Below are positions 24,342-38,500 of a stretch of DNA of 64,000 nt, in pieces (position 1 is the stretch's first letter; each line of letters begins with the position of its first letter). The notes under the pieces were generated by a model, which searched no databases, had not been told where the DNA came from, and worked only from the letters and a program-made list of their open reading frames with translations. Both the position numbers and the translations under genes were made by a program. Source of the stretch: Lama guanicoe (lineage: Eukaryota); the NCBI GenBank assembly GCA_013239625.1, contig MU054338.1:5930724-5994723 (forward strand), in the 5' to 3' direction.

Positions 24342-27300
24342 TCAGGCTGTGGAGAGAGAGGGTGTGTCAGAGCCTGGCCTAGTCCAGGGGACCCCAGGAT
24401 GGAGGTCAGTGAGCAGACGCCCAGGTTGGGCGCTGGGAGGGTCCATACTGTGGGATTCCAGGGCAGGCCAGGAGGGGAAGGCTGGGGTGAGGCAGGGGAG
24501 GATCCACACCAGGTGGGAAGGAGCGGCTCTTGCTGAGCGGTGGCTGGGAAGGGTCCTGGTCTGAGTCTGAGTCTGAGTCCCAGGAGGGGAGTGGAGGGCT
24601 CAGGCATCGGTGCCCCTTATAACCTGCAGGAAGGACAGATGCAATTCTGGCATGAACCCTGAACTGGATCCTTGTGTGACCTCTGAATAGGGGCCCAGTG
24701 CCCTTGATATTATACTTAATGATCTTTGATCATGACCCTTGAATATGATATAACACCAAAGTATGGCCTTGATGACCCTTGCATTTTACCCCACTGACCC
24801 TTAAAAAAGATCATGGTGACCCTGAGAAACCCCTGGATGAAACCTCCAGGAACTAATGCAACCCCAGAATAAGACCCAACAGATGTGACCCCCAAATATG
24901 GCCTCTGAACATGATTTTCCTGTGTGAAGTTGGAGAATGACCCTCCCACCCTGGAGCAGTGTGCAACCCCCCTCACCCCTGAGGCTTGCGGCCTTGGGGC
25001 GGCCCCCTGAGGATATGGCGAGGCCATCAAAGGAGTTCTGTAGCACGTGCACAGCAGACCTGTGGGGAGATGGGGATCTGGGGGCCCTGGGAGACTCTAG
25101 ACTGCTCAGGGCTGAGGTAGGGGGGCTGTGGTGGGGGCAGGGGCAGAGATGAGTCTTGGGAGGAGAGGGAGGAGATCTCGACTTGGGTGGGTTCCAGGTT
25201 CTGGTTGTTGCCTCTTGATCTATTGGGAGAAGGGCAGGACAAATGAGGGTCATGGGTCAGAGGTTAGAGTGGGAGCTGGGCATCACCATATGTCACCCAG
25301 TTCCTTCTGGAGGTCATCCCTCCAGGAGCCACTGCCTCCTGGTTTCAACTCCTCAGTCTCTGGCCAGTTGGATGTCTCATACCCCTGCTGTTTCATCTTG
25401 GTCAGGACCTGAGGCCGGGGGGAATGGGAGAACAGTAGTAATAACAATGATGATGGTGAAAGGTGTAATACAGCATTTATTACGTGCCAGGGTGCCTTAA
25501 AGGTGTTTATCACTCAGTTAATGCAACTACTGGGTCAAGTAGGGCTGTGTTGGGGAAACTGAGGCCCAGAGAGGGGAAGTGATTGCCGACAGTCACAGAG
25601 CAGTAAGTGACAAAGCTGAGATTTGAACCCAGGCCTTCTGGCTCCAGTCTGATGGTAGAGACCGACAGAGATCCCCATGCCCCCAACTCATGCAAGGTCC
25701 CTGTCCTCTCTGCTCACCTTGCGGCACTTCACCTGTGTCTTCTGCATCTTTTGGATGTTCACCAGGTTCTGTGTGATTTCCTCTTCCTGTGCCTCTGTGG
25801 GGAGAGGGGACTCAGGAGGGCTGGAATTGCAGAAGGACCCCCCTCCCTTGGCCATGGGCTTTGGGCACTCACGAAGCTTCTGATAAATGAAGGTCACCTC
25901 CTCTCGCACCAGCTCCAGCTCCTCCCACAGGAACTTCTTGCTGAGGGGACAGTGCAGCCTAGATCCACACTCTCTGTCCCACCCCTGGCTTCCCATTTCC
26001 TGGCCCACCTGCCTTCCCAAGGCCTCCTCCATCTCCCATGTCTCCAGGTGTTCAGTCACCATCTCCCAGGCTCTGCTCTCTCCCCCAACATGCCTACCCA
26101 CCTTTCCCTTCCTGGCTACTATCCCCCACCTCCTAGCCCTCCCCAGCCTCCTGTCTTCTCCTCCTGACCTCCAGCCTCCCACTCCCTCAGCCTCCCATTG
26201 CCTGGCTTCTGCCCCTCAGCCTTCCACATCCCCAGCTTCTTCCCCCACAACATCCCCTCCCCTCCCAATTTCCATGCTACACCCCAGCATCTGATCCCCT
26301 GGCCTCCCTTCCCATCCACTTCTTGTCTTCCCTTCCTCTGGCCTCCAAGTCTCCCACACACTCCCACTTCCTTCCATCTCTCCATCCCCTCCTCTTGTCC
26401 CCCTAGGCTTTCCCTGGCCCCCAAGTCTCCCTTACTCTGGCCCCTCCTACTTTCCCATCCTGCTTGTGGTTCCCTCTCCCTGGCCTCTCTTCCCTCCTGC
26501 AGCTTCCAGGCTGCCCTCCTGGCAACACCCACCTGTCCCGGATCTCCTGGGCCAGCAGCTGCAGGCAGCGGGTGGTGCGGGCCCGCTGCACCTCCTCGCT
26601 ATCACGCAGGCTCTTCTGTAGCCCTTGCAGACCTTGAGCCAGGGCCCCATATAGCTCCTGCCGTCCCTCCTCCAAGTCCCACTTGTGCCCCTCCTTGTCC
26701 GTCTGGCGGCTCGTGGGGCCCAGCACCTCTGCAGAGACGGTGGGTACTTAACTGAGCCCCATCCCCACCCCGAGCCCAGTTTTAAACCCAGATTGCCCTA
26801 ACACTGACCAGACCCCAGCCCTGAACCCAGACTCACCCAACTTCTCTCCCGCTGGCCTGACCCTGACAGGACCAGCAACCTCCAGACTGACCCTGACCCT
26901 TGGCCCGTCCTCACCTTCAAGCTGTTGGATCTTGATTTGCTGCAGGCAGCTCTCCTTCTCCAACAAGGTCACTGAGTGGTTTAGGAACTCAAAAGCCTAG
27001 GGGAAGAGGTCGGGCAGGTCTGGGGGGCAGGGAGCGCAGTGGAGTTGGGGGGTGGGAAAACAGAGGCAAAGATCGCCAGAGGGGGTGGTTCAAGGTGGCT
27101 CACCTTGGTCTGGGCCTGTAACTGGCTCTTGAGTGACTCCAGTTCACATCTCAGAAGCTTCTGGGAGTCGGGGATCATCACAGTGGGCTTAACTGTGAGC
27201 AGAGGTGAGGGTCAGCCAGGGCTGGGAGGGGGCAGAGTCAGGGGTAAGGTCAGGGTGGAAGTCAGCAGAGGCTAAGGGTAGGGGTGAGGCAGAGGACAAG

Positions 27301-30245
27301 GTAAGGAGCTGGGGGAGGCTGAAGCAGAGGTAGAGCCAGGAGTAGGGGTCAAGGTCAGAGGCAAGAGTCAGCTGACAATGGGGCAGGGATGAGCAGGCAG
27401 CAATGGTGGGCTTCCACTGAGGTTGTGGCAGAGGGTGGAAGTAGAAACTATCAGGGCTTCCACCCACAGTCTGGTTGGGAGGGAAGGTTCTCACCTTTGG
27501 CTTTGGAAGAGCCGGTCTCCAAGGACTTCTAGAGAAGGGGGACATGAGGGCGGTAGAAATTCATCCCTGGGCTGTCTTCCTGCTCACCCCAACTCAGCGT
27601 GTGGGAGTTAGACACGATTTGGGTTGGCTGAGTTCTGGGTGTTCCAGACCTCCGAGTGCAGGCAAAGCTGCCTCCAGGCACATGCAAGTACCCATCCACT
27701 CACCCACCCCCACCCCCAGCCTGCACATGCTCAGAAGTGCATTTGTGTGACAGGTCAATGGGCTGCCTCTTAGCATGGGTCTTCTGAGCCCTGTCTCTGG
27801 CTTGGGCTCAGGTAACGGCCCTCCTCTTTAAGGGCAAACAACATCAACAATGTCTGCAGGGAGCACCAGTAGTACATGATGCACAACGACACACAGTCAC
27901 GGAAACACAACCGGACACATAGCCTCAGACTCAACCATGCATGCGAAATCCTAAGACCCAAGGCACCCACTCATGTCCATCTCAGACACACAGTCACAAC
28001 CACAGACACACAGGCAGTCACACCCAGAGACAATCACAGACAGGACCCCATTAAGATACACAATCATGCATCCAGTTTCATTCATTCAAGACATTTTCAG
28101 TGCTGCAGCCCTGCTGAGCACTGGGCGCTGTTCTGGGTGCTGAAGACATAGGGTATGAGGGCTCTTGAAGTGGACTCTCTGCCCCCACAACCCCCTCCCT
28201 AAGTCCCGCAGGGGTAAATTGCAGTGTGGCAGGAAGGGGTTTCCCCGGTGAGAATGACCTTAGCGTTGCTGTGATGCCTCTTTGGAAGGTCCTGGTCATT
28301 ACAGTGCTCCTGTGATTCTGAGTAGGGGAGTGGGGGAGACCCATTTGACTGAGGCCCCGGATCCCTCCCTGGCCTCCAGTCTCCAATTGTGGCTGTGTTC
28401 TCAGATGCAGGGGGCTCCAAGGTCTCTGGTTCTAGGGTCCTGGACCAGTGAAAAGTATATTCCAAGGTCTTGTCTGAGGAAGAGCCTGAGAGGAGGGTGC
28501 AGAGTGAGGATTTCCTGAGGGCCAGCCCAGAGTGCTCCAGCCCATCCTGCTCCCCAGCCCCAGGGGCAGCCTCTCAACGAACCCCAGCACTTGTCACACT
28601 TCTTGTTAGCAGGCAAACACTCGTTGGAGGGTGAGGGATGTGAGCAATAGCAAGGCACGGAGTAGTCAGGGTCCAGGGGTAGGCCGGCCAGAAGAGGGTT
28701 GCTTTGAGGAGAGGGGATAGAGGGGGCTGCACTGAGACTAGCTCCCAGGTCCTGACTCCCAGACCCTCCCTGACATCCCAGAGATGCCTCAGCCTTGAAC
28801 ACAGGGCCTCTTAGTTATGGTAGGAGCCAAATCTGGGTGAAAGATGATCCCAGCCCCAGGAGTTGGGCTGGGTGGTGAGAAGGGATCCAGAGAGGGGGAC
28901 CCAGAAGACCCCACAGGAGGAAGTGAGGCTTGAGAAGAGCCTAAAAGAAAAAAATTCTCAACATTGGGCCCTAAAGGAAGGACATCCCTGGCAGGAAACA
29001 GCGTGTGCAAAAGCTTGGAGACCTGGAACCATGTTCTCTGTGCTGACAAATTCAGGGTGGCTGGAGGCAGGGTCCAGGAGGAAGGAACAGGAGGTTAGCA
29101 AGGCAGCTCAAGTAATGTATGGGAAGCCAAGAAGGGGAGTTTCAAACTGGCTCCCCAGGTAAATGGAAGTCATTGAACATGAGCAGGAGAAGCAAAGGGT
29201 ATCTATTCAATAAATGTTAGCTGAACTGGGGCCCAGGCCTGCACTAGGTGAGGCTGGGAACAGGGAAGAACTCAGCTCTAGGTCTCACAACCACACCCCC
29301 TGCCCTACCAGTGTAGTCATGGCTGGCACAGCTGAAGAAACCTGGGGCAGGTCTGTCTGGAAAAACTTCCAGGTGAAGGGCATCTTGCCACAAGTCACGT
29401 TCAGCCAGAAGGCCACACTACAGGCCTTTCTCTTTTTCTGTCCTTGCTGGGCCCTCTGGTGTCTTTCCCCTGGCCAAGTCCTCCTGAAAGACTCCTATAC
29501 ACCTTTCAAAACCCTACTCAGCATCTCCTCTGTAAAATCTTTCTTAACTCTTTTATGTTCGTATTTTCTGAGCATCTTACTGAGTGCTGGGCACTACCCT
29601 AAGCCCTCGCTGGGTCTTCACACTCACCCTGTGATGTAGGAGTTACCATTCTGCCTGATATGTTCTAAGCTACCCCTTTAAGAGTTACTTCCTCAGGGAT
29701 GTCCTCACTTCCAGAGGCAGTACAGCATGATAATTAAGCAAGGAGACCCTCCAGCTTGATGGCCTGGTTTCAAATCCTAGCTCTGCCCCCTTCTCAGCTG
29801 TGTGATGTTAGATGTGTTACTAAACCTCTCCGTGCCTCAATGTCACCAACTATAAAATGGGATGTCATACTATCCACCTTACTGCGTTGTTGTGATTAAG
29901 TAAATTAATCCATGCCAGCGCCTGATATGGTAGTAGGAAGCTCAATGTTTGTCCTTGAATGTCACACTGAGAACCTGGGACCTGGGGATCATAGAAGCCC
30001 TAGGGGACTTGGAGGGGAAAAGGCAAAATGCATTTCTGAGTAACAATTGCAGGCAGGTCCCCAGTCGAGCCCCCCTCCCTCCCACAACAGCTGTTTCTCC
30101 CTCAGTCCTTCAGGTTAGAATTCGGGGGAGGGGGCGGGGTCATTTGTCTGGGCCCCGCCCCCCCGGGCCTTGAATCCTGGTCCCGCCAGGATCCCGACCC
30201 CTTCCACCCCCACCTACCACATACCACCTGCTCATGCTCTCCCAT
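24342..30245 (-). CDS. CCDC159: Coiled-coil domain-containing protein 159, 296 aa, 11 coding exons
   Basis: Exons 30225-30245, 27495-27528, 27104-27192, 26915-26996, 26533-26728, 25873-25940, 25718-25794, 25287-25408, 24977-25059, 24510-24623, 24342-24346 (891 nt, GT-AG, phases consistent). MGEHEQV-KSLETGSSK...MIPDSQKLLRCELESLKSQLQAQTK...KKFLWEELELVREEV...SWDSDSDSDQD...SFPPA*. Confidence 0.95.
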
Positions 30246-30279
30246 CGGGGATTGTGAATCCAGTCCCCAGCTGTGACGG

Positions 30280-30760
30280 TGAAATTTGGTCCTGTGGGGA
30301 CACCATCGCATTAAAACGCGCGGAGCCCAAAGGTAGAGTCACAGAGAGGGGTGTGGCTGGCATTTTAGCTCCGCCCCCGCCGATGCAGCCGAAGGCCTCA
30401 TTGGCGCCTTCTGGCTTCCGCAGCTCTAGGAGCGGCGGTGTAATTGGATAAAAGCCCAACGAGGGGGCGGGATTCCAGGCTGGTTTTTGTTAATCGATTA
30501 GTCGATATCTAAGAAGACTGTACAGGAGGCTGCAGATCTCCGATCTGATTGGCTTCAGGCTTAGCGGGGAGGCGGGACGAATTCTTGTTTCCAAGAGGGG
30601 AGGTGGCCGAGAAGGTCCGCGTTCCAACCGGGAGCGCGGGAGTGAGGTACCGAGCCCAGTCGGCCAGGTCCCCGAGATCCGGCCCCGGAGCCTCTGGTCT
30701 TGGACCCTTGAATGCTCACGGTCGAAGTCCGGGTCCAGTGGTGGAATCGGTGTCCTCGGG
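30280..30760. promoter_or_regulatory. Bidirectional CpG-island promoter of CCDC159 (-) and TMEM205 (+)
   Basis: Head-to-head genes in a CpG-rich stretch. ATTGG boxes near 30400, 30443, 30548; GC boxes near 30369 and 30463; candidate TMEM205 non-coding exon donor GAG|GTACCG at 30646/30647. Confidence 0.75.
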
Positions 30761-31146
30761 ATGAGATTTGGGGTTCCCTAGGATTAGATGGCGCCTCCGG
30801 AGGGTGCTTTGGGGATCTTCAAAGTGATGTCTGGGATCCTGCTACGAGAGGAGGGCTATCTGCTGTTAGAACTGGGTCCCTGGGGTGATATTTGGGAGTC
30901 ACTGGTGGGGGTGATCTCTGAAGACCTAGGGCTCCGATCTTGAGCTGCTGGGGCTGAAATTTGGGGGTCTCGGAGGTGGCTTGGTTGTTGGGGACCAGAG
31001 AGCCTTAAGATCTTGAGGGCTGACATTTGGAGAGATGGGGTCTGGGGATGTCGTAGGACTGCCTTGGGCCTCTCCGCCACCCCTATTCCTGGGCTTCTAC
31101 CTCTGAAACTGTGTTAGATTGGCTGTGACCCTCTCACAGGGTCTAA

Positions 31147-32845
<1,699 letters not shown>

Positions 32846-33979
32846 TACCCACTGACTCTTTGTCTCTGCTGGGGCCCCAAGTGTCAATAAATGCTTCTTT
32901 GGAAATGACTGCTGTCATTTTGTTCCAACTGGGAAGCAGCGGGGAGGGGCAGTCAAGGGTAGAGCTGAGGGCTTCTGCTTCTGGATTCATGTGGCACAGT
33001 GATTTGCAATGTTAGCTGTTGCCGCCCCTCAACTCTTCCTATAACGGTGCCCACTTGTTGAACACCCACTGTGTGCCAGGCGTGGCGCTACCCATTGCAT
33101 GTACCACCCATTACTGTGACAACAGCTGGTTCTGATCCCTAGAGGACAAGCGTATTTCCCACCCCATTGACATTGGGGGTGGCCATGTGACTTGCTTTGG
33201 CCAATGAAATATAAGCAGAGTCACTTCCAAAGAGAAGTATGCAAGCCAGTGCATGACTTGCCACATCATCCCTTCACTGCAATGAGCAGTGTGAGTGAGA
33301 AGCAAACCTTGGGGGTTGGCTGCTGTGGAGGCTGTAGGGCTGCTTGTTACTGAGCATATGCCAGCCCTTCCTGACTGGTGCAAGTCATCTCAGTTCATCC
33401 ACAGCAGCCCTTGGAGGCAGCTAATGTTCCCATGAAGGAATGGGGGCTCAGAGAAGTTCAGCAAGTGGCTTCAGGTGGAGTCATTGGGATTTGAACCCTA
33501 CCGAAGCCTGAAGTATTATAACTGCAGATCCTCTCCTGCTGGCTTGAAGAAAAGTCTGAGACGTCAGCTGAGCCTGGATGCCAAATTTCCTTATCATGTG
33601 GCCTCAAGCAGGAGGCTGCCCCTCTCTGATCCCCAGTTTATCTGTTAAGGGATGTTAATTCTAAGGGCCCTTAAGAGTATTTAGAAAGGGGGGGTCTAGC
33701 CCACTTTAGGGCCAGGCGCTGCACTTGACAAATACTAACTCAGATCGGAACGTTCACACAACCCTATAAGGTGGGTGCTCTTGTTATGGACCACGTGACG
33801 GATGGGGAAAATGAGACCCAGAGAGGTTAACATGTCCAAAGCGACAGGGCTGGAAAGGGGTAGAGCCGGGACTGGAAACAGGCTCCAGAGTCCGCGCTCT
33901 TAGCAGCTGTGGACACAAGTAGAAGTTCTAAGTATGGTTTAGTTAAAATGAAATGTTTGTTGTTGAGGGACGGATTTTC

Positions 33980-34210
33980 GACAGCTGCGCACGCGGTGCT
34001 GCTTCCAGCCCCTCCCCCGCTCTCCACAAGCCCCGCCCCGCCCTCAGCCGGGAGCGGCCCCTCCTACCCCCGCCTGGGCGGAGCCGGCGCGGGATCCGGG
34101 TGGCTGCGGGCGGCGGCGGCGGCGGCGGCTGCGGGGTCGGGGTCGCAACCGGGGCCAGGCCGCAGCGAGTTTGGAGGCAGAACCCCCGCGGGCAGCACCC
34201 CCCACGCGAG
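33980..34210 (+). promoter_or_regulatory. RAB3D: RAB3D CpG-island promoter and non-coding exon 1 with (GGC)7
   Basis: CpG island with GC boxes at about 34030-34075, (GGC)7 at 34109-34129, and donor GAG|GTGACC after 34210. Confidence 0.75.
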
Positions 34211-35579
34211 GTGACCCCTTCGGAGGGAGCGCAACCAGACCCACACCTCCGCGTCCCAGCAGGTCTTGGGGCAACAGGGGCTTAGGGGGAGGGCCCGGGG
34301 CCTGGGAACAAAGGCAGGTGGCGGGGGACGCCTCTTCCCTCGCCCCCACCCAGCTGGGCTCATCGGGGAGCCTTAATGGGGCGCGGGCGGGGCAGACAGC
34401 CCAGATGGGGACTTGAGATGGGACCATATGGTGATGGGAGGAAGCTCCTGTACTCTCCTGCACTGGCTGGGGCGCCCCACATCTAGTGATGGGGGACAAG
34501 GCTGAGCCCTCCGGGTTTCTCACCTAGTGCCGGGCTAGAGGGAGGGTCCGCAGATGATCAAAAAGAAGTGGGACCAGAGGCCAAACAGGTGGGCTGGGGA
34601 TCCTGAAACTCGTTCTCCCGGAACATGGGGTGGGGCAGAGGGCTGGGCAGGAAAGGGGAGGCCGGTTGGGTCCTCCTTTAAAATGGAAAAAAAGCCACAC
34701 GGGCAATTGAGAAATGACTTTACCAGGGGTTCCTCTGCCGATTGCCCATTCACCTAGGCCTTCTGGAGCCTCTCTGAGAGGCTCAGGGAGTAGCCATAAA
34801 CTGCTGGGGGAAACTGAGGCCAAGGGACGCAATGAGGGCTGAGGGGATATGCTGGACCAAGATGAAGCAGCCCAGCTGTGGAGACAGGTGGCCGGGAAAG
34901 GCAGGGGACCAGGTGGTCGTGGTGGCCGCTGGGGTGGTTTCCTTGGATTTGGGGACCGTCGCTCTGGCCTCCATGGGCTGGAGCTGGGGTGAGTCAGCCC
35001 TACCAGGAGGGAGATGGGCCTGGCCCTTTTGACAAACAGAAGATGGCAGTACCTACTGGGGGGTAGAGCTGGGCTTTAAACCTGGGCTGTATCCACTGAA
35101 ACCCCCCTCCCTGTGGGGGTCATGGAAGGGGTTAAACATGGCTTAGGTAGGAGCAGGCAGGTGGCCAACACCTGCCAAAGTCAACACCCAGGCCCTGAGG
35201 TGGGGGGGGCTCTATCCAGCTGGCAGCCCCTCCTCCCTCCAGCTCACACCTGGGCCACGCCGCCGGCTGCTCACCCCGGGGCAAAGTCCACACCTGTACC
35301 TTCCACAGGGTCTGTTTCCTCAGCCGCCCTACTGGGCACCCCATGCCTCCTGCCCCAAATCTAGGTCCTTGAATTTGACGAACATCCCCATTGTCCAAAA
35401 AAGGACACTGAGGCCCATAGAGAGCAAGTGCTGCATCGAGGGTCACCTGGCTTCCAAGCGACAGAGTCAAGATTTGAGCCCAGGTCCAATGTAGACACTG
35501 GAGCCATTCCTGGCATTTTATTTCCCTGCAGGGCTCCAGCCCTCCCCACCTCTGCCCCCTCAGGAGGCTCCCTGTCAAG

Positions 35580-38500
35580 ATGGCATCAGCGGGAGACCCC
35601 CCGACGGGCCAGCGGGATGCAGCAGACCAGAACTTTGATTACATGTTCAAGTTGCTGCTCATCGGCAACAGCAGCGTGGGCAAGACGTCCTTCCTGTTCC
35701 GCTACGCCGACGACTCCTTCACGCCCGCCTTTGTCAGCACCGTGGGCATCGACTTCAAGGTCAAGACGGTCTACCGCCATGACAAGAGGATCAAGCTGCA
35801 GATCTGGGTGGGCCAGGCAGCTGTCTGTGGGTCTGTTGGCCAGGCAGGACCTGGGGTTCCTCATTGGAAGTCCAGGAGACAGTGTCGGGCTGTGGGGATG
35901 GGTCCCAGCTGAGGGAGAGTGGCCCAAAGTCAGGGAGGGGGCTTGGGGTAGGTGTGAAGAGTGGTGTTATCTACAAGATGAATTCATCAGGGTGGGGGGG
36001 ATGTGCCCTGCCCTGTGGGGTCTGAGGGGGAGACAGTACTCACCCAATGTGGGCCATAAGTCCTGGTGACCAATGGGGAAGAGGTTTGGGTACCCTTTCT
36101 GGGTAAGCCAGGGGTGCTCCCACTGAGCCTGCCTGCTCTTCAGAGCCATGCTCCTGCTCCCCCCCCCCAAAAATCACTCCGGCTACTAGTGGTTGTCATG
36201 GTAACGAGCACCAGGCTGTCTGCGTCAAGGTGGCGCTCTGGCCCAGGTGGCTCTTGTTTGTGGTCGTGAAGTTGGTTCTTGGAGATGAGGTCAAAGGGGT
36301 TGATAAATCCCTGAGAGGCTACTGACCCCTTAGACTGGGAACCCCTCAAGGTAGGGGTCTGTGTTTCTCCCATCGGACTGGGGCTGTGTCAGGGTCCTGC
36401 AGGGGTGAGGTAGGAAACAGAGTGACTTCTAGATGCCTGACCCTACTGTGTGCCCAGGACACGGCCGGCCAGGAGCGCTACCGTACAATCACCACAGCGT
36501 ACTACCGCGGAGCCATGGGCTTCCTGCTCATGTATGATGTTGCCAACCAGGAGTCCTTTGCCGCCGTGCAGGACTGGTGAGTGCTTGCTGACCCCTCCCG
36601 ACCATTGCCCTCTCCCCCTGACCCTAATCTCTGGCTTAACAGCCCTCAAACTCCACAGGGCCACACAGATCAAGACCTACTCCTGGGACAATGCTCAGGT
36701 CATCCTCGTGGGGAACAAGTGTGACCTGGAGGACGAGCGTGTGGTGCCCACTGAGGAGGGCCGGAGGCTCGCCGATGACCTTGGTTAGTGCCCCGCCTGG
36801 GCCACAGGCCCTGGACCTCCCAGAACAAAACCCCCATCCCTGTGCTCAAGTCCCAGATCCTACCACAGTCCTCAACCCTTTGCCCTTTGAAGATCTGCCC
36901 AGAAGAGTACCCACATGTATGTCACCTTCTCCATTTAATTTCAGAGGATTCACCCACAGGTACTCCTTACTTCCCCACTGCCCTGGGAACCCAGACTCAG
37001 CAAAACCATTTCTGGAAATTTATCCTACAAACATCTGCACCTATGTGGGAAGTGGCAAGTATATCAAATTATAGTACTGTTAGTAGTAGAAAACCTTGAC
37101 AACTTCCCAAATATCTCACAGTGGAGAAGACAGCTACACATGAAGTATAGTGCTGTGGTGGAATATTACGCAGCTGTTAAAAAGGATAAGGACATTCTTT
37201 ATGTTCAGGGGTCCCTGTGGTATATGGTTAAATGGAATAAGCAAACTGCAGAATAGTGGTTATGGCCACTTCCTTTAAGTCCAGGGATCAGCAAACTTTT
37301 TTTTTAGCAAACATTTTCTTAATGGGTCAGGAAGGAAATATTTTCAGCCCTAGGATCTTTGTCATAACCACTCAGCTCTGCCTGAAAGCAGCCATAGATA
37401 ATACGTCAGTGACTGAGGGTGACTATCTGCCAGTAACTTTATTTACAAAAATGGGCAACAGGCCAGACTTGGCCTGTGGCTCAAAGTCTGCCAACTCCTA
37501 CATTAGCCTATAAAGTGGGTGAGAAGAAGGATGTATACTTAGGTTTGCTGAAAGGAACTCCAGGAGGATACAGAAACAGTGGTGAGCTTTGTGTCTGAGA
37601 AATAGGAGGCCAGGGCACCTGGGTGGGAGGGGAACTTTTCAGTCCACCTCTCTGAATCAGGTGAATGGATTAGTGATTCAGTTTAAGCTAGAAGAAAATC
37701 TTGTCCTGGAGTATCCTAGTATTCTAGGCCCTCCCCAGGACTTCCCTTGCGGGAGGCAGTGTAACCACTACAGGGGAGGGTGGGTTAAGGATCCAGACTC
37801 TGGAGCTAGAATCCCCTTGTGCAACCCACTAGCTGTGTGACCTTGGGCACCTCGCCTACCCTCTCTGGGCTTCTATTTGTTCATCTAGGAAACAGGTGAA
37901 AACTACGTCTCCTTTTTAGGGCTGTTAGAAAGATTCAATAAGCAAATGCTCTGATTGAACATTAACTCGTGTTATTTCTTGATTGCTTTGTGATCTTGTA
38001 CCGGTGACTTCAGCTCTCTGGGCCTGCACTTCCCCATGTGTGAAATGCAGATAACAGCCCCACCTCATCAGGTCGTCAGGAGGGTTACACGAGTTATGAT
38101 GTATGAAGCGGTTCTAACAGAGCCTGGCAAACTCTTAGGTTGCATTCAGGTGTTAGCTAGCATGATTGTGAACTATTGCTGATGCTTGTGCAGAAAACCT
38201 AAAACATTTACTCCGGTCTTTTATGGAGACAGTTTGCAGACCCCTGGACCATAATGGTCCTCTTTCTTTCTTCTTCTTTTTTTCCCTTTCTCCTTTTTTT
38301 CTTTTTTGTTTTAATTTTTTAAATTTAAAAAATTTTTTTGGTGGAGGAGGTAATTAGGTTTATTTATTTATTTATTTACTTTGATGGAGGTGCTGGGTAT
38401 TGAACTCAGGACCGCATGCATGCCAAGCGCAAGCTCTACCGCTGAGCTCTACCCTCCCCCTCTTTTTTTTTTTTTTTCTTGCCATCATTTATTGGAGTAA

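Noticed and set aside
35733..35753. RE1-like GTCAGCACCGTGGGCATCGAC in RAB3D exon 2
   Set aside because: The right half-site is poor and the sequence is explained by the conserved VSTVGID coding motif.
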